Source: Blepharisma stoltei ATCC 30299 | Lineage: Eukaryota > Protista > Ciliophora | NCBI GenBank assembly: GCA_965603825.1 | Contig: CBFDEM010000014.1 | Coordinates: forward strand, 620,001 to 684,000 | Length of the DNA: 64,000 bases | Direction of reading: 5' to 3' | Shown here: piece after piece, positions 47,801 through 61,000 of the stretch | How the letters are laid out: each line of letters starts with the position of its first letter | Numbering within the stretch: the first letter of the stretch is position 1 | The notes under the pieces: generated by a model | Seen by the model: only the letters and a program-made list of their open reading frames with translations | What the model was told of the DNA's origin: nothing | The model's database searches: none | Translations under genes and position numbers: made by a program

Positions 47801-50800
47801 CTATATCCAGAGAAATGGATAAAATTGTAGATGACGCCTCACATTTGATAAATAAAGATGAAATCAGGGAAGAAGAATTTACTAAAATTAGAATTTATTA
47901 TAATTGCTTGGTAATGTTTGAGAAAAATCTAAAAATCAAAGGCTTTGATTGAAAAAAGACACTCAGAGGAATTGAAGCCAAAATTTTTAGTAAAACTGTT
48001 GAATTAAGAGAAAAAGCTGAAAATGGAGCTCAGGTGGCAGAAATTGTAGATCCTATGATAAAAATGAAGAACATTTCAAATAATTTTCCTTTATTAAAAG
48101 AAGGACTAGATAAAATTTTGGATGAATTTTTAGAAACTTTTAGGAAGAAAAACAAAGCCAAAGCTGTGGCAATTTTCGAAGAATTAGAAAAACATCCAAG
48201 CGGGCTAGGACTTTATATTCTTTCAGAACATAAATTTTTCGAGGGTGTAATGCAAAGAATATGGCTTAATAAGACCCAGAGGCATGATATAAATTATGCG
48301 CTAGATCAAATCAAAGGTACAAATTTGAATAAGGAAGAGTTAGAAGATAAGCATAGGGATTACACTGAGCATTTTGGTGAGCTGCACAGAATATATTGAA
48401 GAATTGCAAGCAATGAAGGGGCGGATAATGCTATCTCTCAAATATTAAGCCAAATAGAAATAGTGTCCAAAAATTATGCTATAACCTCTTCAAATCCAGA
48501 TATTAGCTTATTTAAGGAGTTTATACCTGAGCTTTTAGCTTATATTGCAATGCTATGGGTGCTTTTAAATATTAAAAAATATAATCAAGATATAAATGAT
48601 ACAGAACAAGAAATTACAATTGTTACCCCTCATGCAATACAAATCTTATCAATATTCCGAATGATTGGAATTGGCTATCGAGAAAATACAAATCCTAAAA
48701 ATAATCTAGTGCAAATTTTAACAGGTGAGGGAAAATCAATCACACTAGCGTTTTTATGCTCTATGCTTGCCCTGCTAGGATTCAGTGTGAACTGCGCCTG
48801 CTATAGCGAGCACCTAAGTAACAGAGATTTTCAAGATTTTTAACCTTTATACACAGCCCTAAATATTTGCCCTTATATAAAATATGGAACTTTTAACAAA
48901 CTTTGTGAAGATGAAATAAATTCAAAAGGTGACATCAGAACGATTGTTATAGATTTTATCAAATTTGGAAGATGCCCAGGAGCATATAGTGGAGTAGAGG
49001 AAAGACCCAAAATTCTTTTAATAGATGAGGTAGATGTCTTCTTCACTAAAACTTTCTATGGAAATATATATCGGCCTCTTGCTAAGCTAAAGCATGATAC
49101 TATTAAAAATCTGACTGATTATGTATGAAAAATAAGAAAAACGCCTCAACTGATGGAAATATGAAATGCGCCTGAGTATAGACTATGCAGTCAGCAGTTT
49201 CCAGGGTTTGAATTTATTATTGAAGAGGCTGTTAAAGATATGATAAATCATGTAAGGCAGTTTGAGTCCCATGACTATATAGTACAGCATGACAAAATTT
49301 GCTACAAAGAAAACGACGGAGTTTCATTTAATATTGTTTATGGATATAATACATTATTTGCATACTATTTTGAGAATGAAAAGGGAAATATATCTCAAGA
49401 AAGCTTAGAAGAAAATATATTTATTGGAATTAAGTGTGGAATGTTTTCATTTGCAGAAATTCCTCACAAATTCAATTACATTATGGGAGTCACTGGAACT
49501 CTAGAAACTTTAGGTGATTATGAAAAGCATATTATAGAGAATGAATATAACATAAAATTAAATACCTATATGCCATCAGTGTTTGGGGAAAGCAATCGTA
49601 TTTTTAGAAAAAACTTAGACATTTATGTAGAAAATAAAGACAATTACAGCATGAAGATAATGTCAGAAATAAATAGCCAAATAGGAGGCAAAAAAGCAGG
49701 TTGCAAAAGAGCTGTATTGGTATTTTTTGAAGATGAAAAAAAATTAATGGATTTTTATAATACTTCGAACCTAAAGAACACTGATTATGAAATTCAGCTC
49801 ATGACAGAAAGTTTAAGTGTAGATGACAGAGTTATGATGATTAAAAAAGCCACAGTTCCAAATACAGTATCATTATTAACAAGAGCTTACGGCCGAGGAA
49901 TTGATTTTAAATGCCAAAATCATGAAATTGAGACCAATGGAGGAGTGCATGTAATCCAAGTTTTTTTTTTCAGAAAATATATCAGAAGAAACTCAAATTA
50001 TGGGAAGATCTGCAAGGCAAGGCCAAGAAGGATCATTCAGCATGGTCCTTTTAGATAGCGAACTCGAAAAATTTTTGGTTTCGAAAAAAGATATTGAAAA
50101 TATGAGAAATAATGGAACAATTTATGATGGTTTAAATGAAAAGAGAAATAAATATAATCAAATTAAGAATGACAATGAATCTGGCCATGTGAAGCAATCT
50201 AAAGCTCTTCATGATAGTTCTGTTGAATTTCAGAGTTTTCTTCAAAATAACAATATACAAGGAGCTAAAGTATTTCTGCATGAGCTTAACAAAGGGCTTA
50301 GCATTGATATTGGAAATTCAAAAACAGTTGTTTTAATGGATGCAACGGGGTCTATGTCACACTTGCTGCAGAACGCTAAAAATACTGTGAAAGTTATGTT
50401 TTCAAGAGTCTGCGCAGTTTTATCAAAGAAAGGGGTTAGTTCTGAGTGTTTTCAGCTTCAGTACTGTGTTTATAGAAACTATAGTTCAAATGAGGATAAA
50501 ATACTCCAAGTTTCCCCATGAACAAATAAGCCTGATATTCTAGAAAGATTTATGGAAAACGTGCGACCTGAAGGTGGTCAAGGAAATGAAGCAATAGAAG
50601 TTGGATTATGGCACATAAATAAGATTTCGCAAAATGATAAAATTTCACAAGTAATTTTAATTGGTGACTGTCCTCCAAATACTATTGATAATATTGCTGA
50701 AAAGAGAGGTGCACGATCATCTTATTGAAATAGTTCAAAATTTAGCAGCGTCGAATATTACGAGCGAGAATTAGCAAAAATTATAAGTAAACAAATCCCA

Positions 50801-51010
50801 ATAAATGCCTTTTATGTCGATAACTGCGCTAAAGTTAAATTTGAAGAGATAGCAAGACTTACAAAAGGCCAAAGCGGATTTCTTGATATTAATTCAAGCT
50901 CAGGAGCTGATAGACTCACTGATTTAGTTTCTACAGAAGTTTTAAGAAAATCTGCTGGAGAAGACGCCGTAAAGCTTTATAGAGAAATGTACCCTCGCTC
51001 ATATACTTAA
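41836..51010 (+). pseudogene. Giant C2-like/GTPase/SecA-like ATPase/vWA gene, copy 2 (two in-frame TAA and a +1 homopolymer frameshift)
   Basis: ATG 41836 aligns with the copy 1 start; same motifs (GITGAGKS ~43195, TGEGKS ~48721, DEVD ~49024, DATGSM ~50339). TAA at 43552 (Glu in paralogs) and 48841 (Gln in paralogs); T10 run at 49961-49970 is one base too long; ends TAA 51008-51010. Confidence 0.8.
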
Positions 51011-52435
51011 TTTTAACTTAATTAATCTATAAGTTGATTTTGATCAATTTTCATTTTCAATAACTTAAAGCCACATGTTTATAACAAATATATGTTCAAC
51101 TTTAATAGTAATCTAGCAATAATTGATGGCTATGAAAACACTTCTTAAATATTACAATTCTATTTTATTTTATCTTTGCGTTTTATATCCTAATTTAAAA
51201 ACCCTTTAAATTATTTAATTCCTAAATCTTTATCCTCAATAAAAGACTATAAAGCATTTTTCAACTGCAGCAAGAGATATATTTTGGGGCGTGTGGGTAT
51301 TAAATAATAATAATTCCTGGAAAAATAGGCTATAAATAAAGCGATAGTGATAAATAAAAATTAGAGATTGAATATCAGCAGTAGATTAGCGTAGATAACT
51401 TATAATGGATGCTAATGCAGGAAATGATAAACTAACAGACAGGATTTATATTGAAATTTTGCAAGAGAACGGGCTATATGTAATAGAAAAATAAATTCTC
51501 CTTCATATCAAGATTTTATAATAATATTTCAGTATTTAAATATAGTTCGTGGACTGGCTTCACTTATTTGGCGATGCCGTTAATTTATGGAGCAGTTTTT
51601 GATGATTCCACTCTGCAGGCTAATGCGAGTTGGCAAACTAAATTTAAAATTGATAAATTTAAGCTATTCAAGGTTTCTATATTGAATTTGGCTCTGCAAT
51701 GAATGCTTCTCGCCAATCAGGCAACAGAATGGCGAATTTAAATCTATTAAATTATATATTTCACCTATTCTGATTCATAAAAAACGCAACTTAATGCCCA
51801 TTCATAGTAGCTGACAATACTAAATTTAAGGGAAAATATGCAAAACAGCAAAAATATAGCCTTCAATCAATTTCTTCATTGCTAATGCCTCTTTAGATGT
51901 TTAAAATAAATACAAATAATATTATAAATCAAAGCGTAGCCAAGCAGCCAAGTTATTATTGAAGCTACATCTTTTTCCCCAGGGCATTTTCACTTGCCTA
52001 TCATTTTTCGATGCGATTTGGTTGAAAATTTTAAATATCCAAGCATCAGGTCGAAAATTGGCGGCTTCTGCCAGAGAAATGTCTGATGCGAAAAGGTTTT
52101 GACCAAATGCCAAATGGTACCGAAGAAATGTCTGAAGGGAAAAAATCATGTCTAAAAGGCATGATGCTATTATAGAGTCTTTGAAAATAAAAACACAAAA
52201 TAGAAAAAATATTTTATTATGAATTTAATTCAACTAAGATTATCAATATAGCGAAAGGCCTTTTTCAAATAGCTTAAATAAATTAAACAATATAAAGATG
52301 GAGCACAGGTAAATCTATTCACAAGTTTAGAAGTCCATCAATAGCTTTATTAGCAATGCTAATAATTATTAATTTTTAAAAATAATATTTTATCCTTCCC
52401 GTACTTTTCGATCTATTTTTATTCCGAAATATAAA

Positions 52436-52906
52436 ATGAAAAGAGTTCCTAATCTTTTTCGATCCTTTGCTCAATTTAGAAAGCTTCAGTCTTACGAGGA
52501 GTTTCTTAGCAAAAACCCTAAGAATTTTGGCACTCAAAAACCCTTAGAAATACCGAAGCTTGTAACTCTTGATGATAAGGCTTTGATTGATAGACATGCT
52601 GACATGAACCAAAGAGAATTTTACACAGAAAGCTCTGATTTTGACGTAGAAACCTTTAATCTTAAAGAGTACTTTTGGAGCTGCATTTTTATAACTAGGC
52701 CAACTCTTTTTAGAATACTTTGATGCTTTATAATTTACACAACCCTTTCCTTTTTGGTTAAGGCTGTCTATATGACTTACAAGAGACTAAGAGTTCGGTG
52801 GTGTGCGAACAGATATTTTGATATGCTTGGACCTGCATTTAGAGACATGCAGCTTGTGAAGTTCAACCAAAGGCTGTATTTTAAAAAACTGCATAGCTAT
52901 GATTAA
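52436..52906 (+). CDS. Hypothetical single-TM protein, probably mitochondrial (156 aa)
   Basis: Reading TGA 52721 as Trp extends the ORF through a hydrophobic segment (ILWCFIIYTTLSFLVKAVYM) to TAA 52904-52906; basic amphipathic N-terminus MKRVPNLFRSFAQFR. Confidence 0.7.
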
Positions 52907-53499
52907 GGATAAATAGGCTATAATTATGGATTAAATAGATTTCTATTGGATTGTAAATAGAGAATTCTCTATATTTGTTTATGGTTTTTAGCAGCCATAA
53001 ATATTTTAAAATTGGCAGCAAAAGATTAGAGAAGTTAGTCAGATTTTTTGTCTCACAAAAATCTAAGAACACATCTCCTTCTATTTAGAAATATTAATAA
53101 ATTTTAAATATTCAATGTTATATATTAGCATTTATGCTAATATCAAACAATATCAGGATTATGAAATCAAATTTACTAATTTTTTTAAGGTTATAAAATG
53201 GGAACATAGAATTATGTTGCATAGTACTCATTTTAAAAATTATAAATATTTTAAATTCATCTAGTTTAAAATAGTTTACAATAAATCTTATGATAACTGC
53301 AACATCCCAAACTGACGATTTGATAGCAAAAGTGGATAAAATCAAAATAGCAGAAAGAATTTTGTCGTTTATATAGTGCTAGCTTTTGAAAGCGCAGTTT
53401 TAGCATCATAATTTATCTCTTTAGGATAAATGAAAGTATTTAAACTGAAAAAATAAAGTTTGAATTGGAAGGGTATTCTAGACGACTAAGATCATTTAC

Positions 53500-54800
53500 A
53501 TAAAAAACGCCTATAAGGAAATCACAGGCGTTTTGGAATTGAATCATAGCTGAGATATATAAATTGTGAAGTCTTAGCCTCAGCAATTTTTGATGACACT
53601 AGCGAGTTCATTGAGCTCAGAACTACACTTCATTGATAGTTAAAAGATGAGCAAATAAATCCAGTTGATAGGTCTGCAGAAAATATTAGAAGATTGATAT
53701 CACAAGAAGAAAAATAAGAAGGGCCCGATAAAGTTGCTTGAGGGTATATGTTTCCTTCAAGCTAGGGTTTGATTATTAGTGGCTCGTAATCTAATGTGCG
53801 TCGTCTTCTCCATATTTAAGTATATGCAATCTATCTAAAAGATTTCGTCTGTTCTCTGTTTGAAATCTAATTCTTAAAGTTCTAGAATCAACCCATGCGC
53901 GAATTGGATTTTTTCCCATTTTTTTATAAAGAGGAATCAAGCAGTACCATATCACATTCTGCATTAATTGTTGTGTCGATATTTACAAAAATATGCATAT
54001 ATAGCCTTATTGATGAAGAAAAGAAAGCCCCACTAATCAGTGCATTTGATAAGCATTTTTGCATGTGATACAAAAGCTTTGAGACAAATAGTATAATCTC
54101 TGAAACTGCAGGGAAGAGATTAGGAGTTATCAGTGCAGGAGCTGGGCATACTCTTTAACTCAGGATTGGGCACACATCTGTAAAAAAAGTCCTATCACTT
54201 TTATTGCAGGAAGTGCAGAGGAGGTTGCAGGTGGCTATTCATTATTTGAGTTGTTCAAGTTATACCAATTTTTGCATCTGCATAGCGAATTGCTGTCAAG
54301 TTCTGCATTTTTTGATGATCAGTGCACTGTGCTTCATTGCATGCACAGTTTCCAGGCAAACTAACAGTATGCATTCGATCAGACTGGGTATACTCAGAAC
54401 AAGAATTAATGCGAAGAGCAAAATTTGCACTTCTCTTTGCAAGCAAGACATTCAGAGCCTGTAGAATCACAATAAGGGTAATAGTAACAGAGTTGCACAT
54501 TTTTATCAGAGCAGTAAACTTCACTGGAAAAATTCATTTTAAGGCTGCTTGGATCTACTATCATTTGATCTGGTAGAATTTATGAATCATTTGAAGAATT
54601 ACAGATATCACAAAATTGTCAATAGTATATGTCTTATTGCTGTATGGGCAGACTCTGATAAGAATTCACAGAGTTAATTCTAAATGCAATCTTTTTGCGC
54701 GAAAATTCGGATTTGCACCGCACCAGAATAGCATCTAGTTTGCATAATCTACTATGATGTTAAATATTTAAATCTTATGCCAGCCAGATTATTAATAGTT
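53500..54800 (-). pseudogene. Heavily degenerate Cys-rich (furin-like) gene relic
   Basis: Minus-strand fragments such as CNLLCTSCNKSDRTF and many TGC/TGT codons among stops and frameshifts; boundaries approximate. Confidence 0.35.
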
Positions 54801-55048
54801 TAGGATAGCACACCATTGCCAAGCTATTTCTTTAGGGTGCTAGATTGGTAAGGTGTTAAGGCTTAAGTAAAAGTTATTTATTTTTTCCTGCAAGCGTAAA
54901 TTGCATATATAATATAATTGAATTACACTCTAAAATTATATATTAGAAAATTAGAATGCTAAAACCACATTCTGAATTGCAATTTATAGTAAATTATTAT
55001 TGAGCAGGATTTTTACTTTAATAAAAGTGAATAAAAGCTGAGTTAAAT

Positions 55049-58000
55049 TTAAGTATATGAAGGTGGGTACATTTCTTTATAGAGATTGACTGCTTCTTCT
55101 CCAGCTACTTTCCTTAAAATCTCAGTAGAAACCAAATCAGTTAGTCTATCAGCCCCTGAAATTGAATTAATATCAAGAAATCCACTTTGTCCTTTTGTTA
55201 AAGCTGCAATTTCTTCAAAAGCTTCTTTAGCGTACGTTTTTACATAAAATGCATTTATTGGGACTTTCTTATCTATGATTGTTGCCAACTCCTGCTTATA
55301 GTGTTCAACAGCTCTAAATTTAGATTGATTTCAATACGAAATATATTTGCCTCGTTTTTCCTGAATATCATCAACTGTATTTGGAGGCATATCACCGATT
55401 AAAATAACTTGTGAAATTGTATCATTTTTTAAAACGTTATTTACGTGCCATAATCCAACCTCTATTGCTTCGTTTCCCCAACCTCCTTCTGGTTGTACAT
55501 TTGCCATAAACCTTTCAAGAATATCTGGATTATTTGTTCATGGTGAAACTTGGAGGATTTTATCTTCAGTAGAACTATAATTTCTATACACACAATACTG
55601 CAATTGGAAGCACTCAGGGTTTATTCCTGTATTTGAAAGCACTGCGCACATGCGTCAGAACATAATTTTCACTGTATTTTTGGCATTTTGCAATAAATGA
55701 GACATAGATCCAGTTGCATCCATTAAAACAATTGCTTTGGATATCCCTAAATTGATACTGGGACCTTTATTCAGTTCTTGTAAAAATGCTTTAGATCCTT
55801 TGAAATTCCTACACTCGATTCATATCAAAAACTTTGTTGTCTCATCATGAAAACTTTTTGATTGCTTCACATGGTTTGATTCATTGGCATTCTTGATTTG
55901 ATTAAAATTATTTCTTTTGCTATTCAAAGATTCATAAATTCCTGTTTTATTTTTTTTCATTTCTTCAATGTCTTCTTTCATGATTTGGAATTTTTCTAGG
56001 TCATCATCTAAAAGTATCATACTATACGATCCTTCCTGCCCTTGCCTTGCAGATCTACCCTTAATTTGAGTTTCTTCTGATACATTTTCTGATAAAAATA
56101 CTTGGATTACATGAACTCCTCCATTGGTCTCAACTTCATGATTGTAACATTTAAAATCAATTCCTCTGCCATAAGCTCTTGTCAATAATGACACAGTATT
56201 TGGAACTGTGGCTTTTTTAATCATCATACCTCTATCTTCTACCGATAAACTCTCTGTCATCAACTGTATATCATAGTCAGTGTTCTTTAGGTTCGAATTA
56301 TTATAGAAATGTATTAATTTTGCTTCTTCTTCAAAAAATACCAATACAGCTCTTTTGCAAGGTGGCTTTTTGCCTTCTATTCGAATATTTATTTGTTCTA
56401 GTATCTTATTATAGTAATTGTCCTTGTTTTCCACATAAATATCCTCATTGGTACAAAATTTTCTATTGCTTTCCCCAAATACTGATGGCATTAGCGTTTT
56501 TAATTTTATTCTATATTCATTCTCTATAATATTTTTTTCATAATCCCCTAAATCTTCTAAAGTTCCAGTGACTCCCATAATATATTTATATTTATGAGGT
56601 ATTTCTGCAAATGAGAACATTCCACATTTAATTCCAATGAAAATATTTTCTTTTAAGCTATCTTGACTAATATTTCCTTTTTCATTCTCCAAATAATAAG
56701 CAAACAATGTGCTATACCCATAAACAATATTAGATAAAATCCCATCATTCTCTTTGTAGCAAATTTTATCATTTTTGACTATATAACCATGAGACTCAAA
56801 TTGACGCACATGAGTTATCATATCTTTAACAGCTTCTTCTATAAGAAATTCAAAGCCTGGAAATTTTTGGCAGCACTGATTATACTCATTTGAATCCAAT
56901 CACTCAAAAAGCTTAGGCGTTTTTCTATATTTTCATATGTAATCTGTTAAATTGCTAATTGTTGGATCTTTAAGCTTTGCGAGGGGCCTATAAATATTTC
57001 CATAAAATGATTTAGTGAAAAATACATCGACTTCATCTATTAGGAGAATTTTAGGTCTTTCATTATCTCTATAGCTAATTTTAGGAATCCTTCCAAATCT
57101 AATAAAATCTAAAACTATCTCTCTAATATCTCCTTTAGAATTGATTTCATCTTCACAAAGTTGATTAAAAGTTCCATACTTTATATAAGAGCAAATACTT
57201 AAAGCTGTGTATAAAGGCTGAAAATCTTGAGAGTCTCTTTTACTTAGATGTTCACTATAGCAAGCACAATTTATATCAAACCCCAATAAAGCAAGAATAG
57301 ATGATAAGAATGCCAATGTAATTGACTTTCCTTCTCCAGTTAAAATTTGCACAAGATTATTTCCAGGATTTGTATTCTCATTATAGCCAATCCCAAGCAT
57401 ACGAAATATTGATAGAACTTGTATAGCGTGAGGAGTTACGAATGCAATTTGACTATCTTCATCATTCACATCTTGGTTGTATTTTTTAATATTCAAAAGT
57501 ACCCATAGCCATGCAATATACGCTAAAAGCTCTGGAATATATGTTTTTATTAGACTAATATTTGGATTTCGACAATCTTTCGTGTATTTTTTAGATAGAA
57601 CCTGGATTTCGCTAACTATTTGAGCTATCGCAGTATTCACTCCTTCATTGCTAGTCAGTCTTAAATAAATTTTTTGGATTTCACCTAATTTTTCAATGTA
57701 GGCCAAATAGTTATTGTTTAGCTCTTCAATATTCAAATTTGAGCCTTGGATATGCTCCAAGGCATAGTCGATTCCATGTTCTTGAGTTTTTTTCAGCCAC
57801 AATCTTTGCATAACCCCTTCAAAGAATTTATGTTCTGTGATAATGCAGAGTCCTAGTCCACTAGGGTGCTTTTCTAGCTCTTCTAAGATTGCGACTGCTA
57901 TTGTTTTGTTCTTTTTCCTAAATGTCTCTAAAAATTCATCCAAAATTGAATCTAATCTTTTCTTTAATAAAGAAAAATTATTTGAAATATTTTTCATGCC

Positions 58001-61000
58001 TATCATAGACTCAACAATTTCGCTTGCTCCCTCTCCTTTTTCAGCTTTTTCCTTTAATTCTAATGTTTTTTCATAAATTTTGTCTTCTATCATTCTGAGT
58101 GTATTATTGAAAGCAAAACCTTTAATACTTAAATTTGCCTCGAAATGAGTCAAACAATTATAATAAATCTGAATTTGATTAAAATCTTCTTTCCTGATAT
58201 CATCTTTCTTTATCAAATTTGAAGCGTCTTCGACAATCCTATACATTTCATCTGAAATGGATTTGATTACATCAGATTGTATTTCTTTAAGATTAACAAT
58301 ATTTGAATTTAAATGGATTTTTACTCCCTCAAAACTTTTTATTTGGTCTCATTTTTCTTTGATATTATTAATACGGTCCTCTAAAAGTTTTGGGTGCTTA
58401 ATTTCATCATTTTGAATCCTAAAATTTAAGATATAATCATAAAAATCATAAAGAGTTTGATTTAAATCATCAGCAAAATCTGCATATCGGCGGATTCCTC
58501 TAATTTTTAAAATGTCAAACCTGGGATGATGATTTTGATATTCTTTAAAAATTTGTAAAAAATCATCCCATTGTTTGATTTTATTTAATATTGTGCTGCA
58601 CTTGATAGTGTTTTTTGGAGGTTTATATTCCATATAACTATTGTCAAGTTTCTCGTAAAAGGCTATAATGCTAGCTTGCATGCTTTCGATAGTGTTATTA
58701 ATTCCAAACATGTTAGACAACATATTTTCTTTCTCACAATCAATTTTAAAATCCATTGTAATAGAATAAATTTTGAATGCTTCTATAATCTCAGCACTAT
58801 CTTCCTTATGCTCAATATTCAGAAGAATATTTAAAGCCTTTTTTATTAACTTAGTGATACTATCATAAATTTCTGTAAGTATTCCATCGCTTTCTTTCAA
58901 TACTGAATCTAAATTTTCTTTAAGCTTCAAAACCCTTGCTTTATTAAAAACAATATCTAAATCTTTCCTATGCATTGCTAAATTAATTTCTCCTTTAATT
59001 AAATATAAAGCATCCCTCAATTTATTTTTCGCATATGCATAATCTGAATTGGAGCCATCCTTTTTTAAAGAATTAATCATTTTGCATATATCGCTTATTT
59101 CTTGATTGCTCGCAAGAGCATCGATTCTTCCTCTTGTATCTTTTTTATTTTCTTTATAACTTTTCACTATTTCTTTAATTAAGTTCTTAGCTGAAGCTTC
59201 ATATTCTTTTGGCAAAAAATCTAAAATAGAAGATATTTCATCAACAATTCTTTTCTTTTCAGGATTTGTTTTATTTTGGATATTAGCTTTTATTTGTTCA
59301 AATTTGCTGGATATTATATCTTTTACTTTGTAAAGGCAATCACTATACTTTTGAAAATTTCTTGAGGCTTTTTCTAATTCTTCCAAAATTAAACTTAGAG
59401 GAAATTGCTTAAAACCTTTGATATCGCACTTTTCCATTTTTTCGATAATAGTTATTGGTAAGTCATTAAGAATATTTTTGATGTTTGAGACATGTTCAGC
59501 TTCAAATTGTTTTCCAAGAATACTAAGTATATAGTCCTATAATCCTAAGAAATTTTTCATTTTAAGCTCAGCTTCATGGTATTTGTTGAAACTAATGGTT
59601 ATTTCTATAGAATTTATAAAATCTGCAATCTTATTATAAAATTCTGTTCTTGCTTCATTTTGATATTCAGTTAGTATTTTTTTTTGGTTTTCATCAAAAT
59701 ACTTATTGAGACCGCTGTTTTTAAATCTTACGAATTTTTGAAAGATTTCATGTATTTCCTCTATTTCCGCTTGCTGCAATATCGAGTTATTAATGCTTTT
59801 AGACCTTTCTTTTGCGTCTTTCAGAAATTGTTCAATTCCGCAATATACTGATTTTCTCTATTTAAAAAATGCAGTTGGCATGTGGATTCGAACTCCATGT
59901 GTAGAATAAAATTTCATATTATAAATTAAATAACTCCAGGTTTAGAATTTTATTCAATAATGGAGTTTGAATTCACGTGTGAGCTCATTTTTGCAAAAAG
60001 TGTAAAGCATGATATAATTTTTCCTTAATTATATCAATAGATTGAGCTCGAGTATCATTGTCCATTTCTTCTATTGATTTTATTGCTGTTTCAAAATTAT
60101 GATTCTCAATTAAATCAATTATTTTTTGCTGTTTAAACTTTGAATTCTGAATTTTTTGATACTCATTTATGATAGCAGCAAAATTCCCATCAATTTCTTT
60201 AAATTCATTAGCAATGCTTATTCATGAAGAAATTGCTTCTAAGTCATTTCTTTCATTGCTAATTTGTAGTTTTTCATGGAAAGTTATGCGTAAATTATTG
60301 AGCTCATTGGCAAAATGCTCAAACTGAAGCTGAAATTCCAAAAAGTTGAAAAATGATGGAGATTTTTTATTCAATAACAATATTTCTTTAAAATTTAAAG
60401 AAAACTGAATAGAATATTGCTTTACAGAGTCAAAATCACAATTAGTATCATCTGAAATATTCCTTGCAATAGCATTGAAGCACTCTGCCAAAGAGATAAG
60501 ACTATTGTTGTAAAATTGAGATAAATTCGATAAAATACTCTGTGAAAAACTTATGACAAATTCCGAGAGCTGGGGTATGCTTTTACACTCTTGAATATAA
60601 TTAAAATAATTTTCTATTTTATCAACGTTAGGCGTATTTTTCGTTAATTTTTGGTTAAAAATATTGATAAAGTTTTGGATTTTTGTTATTTCAAGATTTA
60701 TTTCTTTAAATGTTTCAAATCCGTTAATTTTGAGCAATTCTTGACACTCACTATTTTTATTTTCTTCTTTATATTTTGAATAATCAAGTCTAATCTTTTG
60801 TAATCTCTCTAATTCATTAATTTCCCTTTCAATATCACTATGCTCTGGGCAAAACTCCTTTTTAATAATTTTCAAGGTATCTTTAATTCTTTCTTGGAAT
60901 TTAATCCAAATATTATTCTCACTATTTTCTAATGAAGGTATAAATTCTTTTAATTGGAGAATTGGGTCTAATTTTTGAACTATGCAATATCCTTTCGCCA

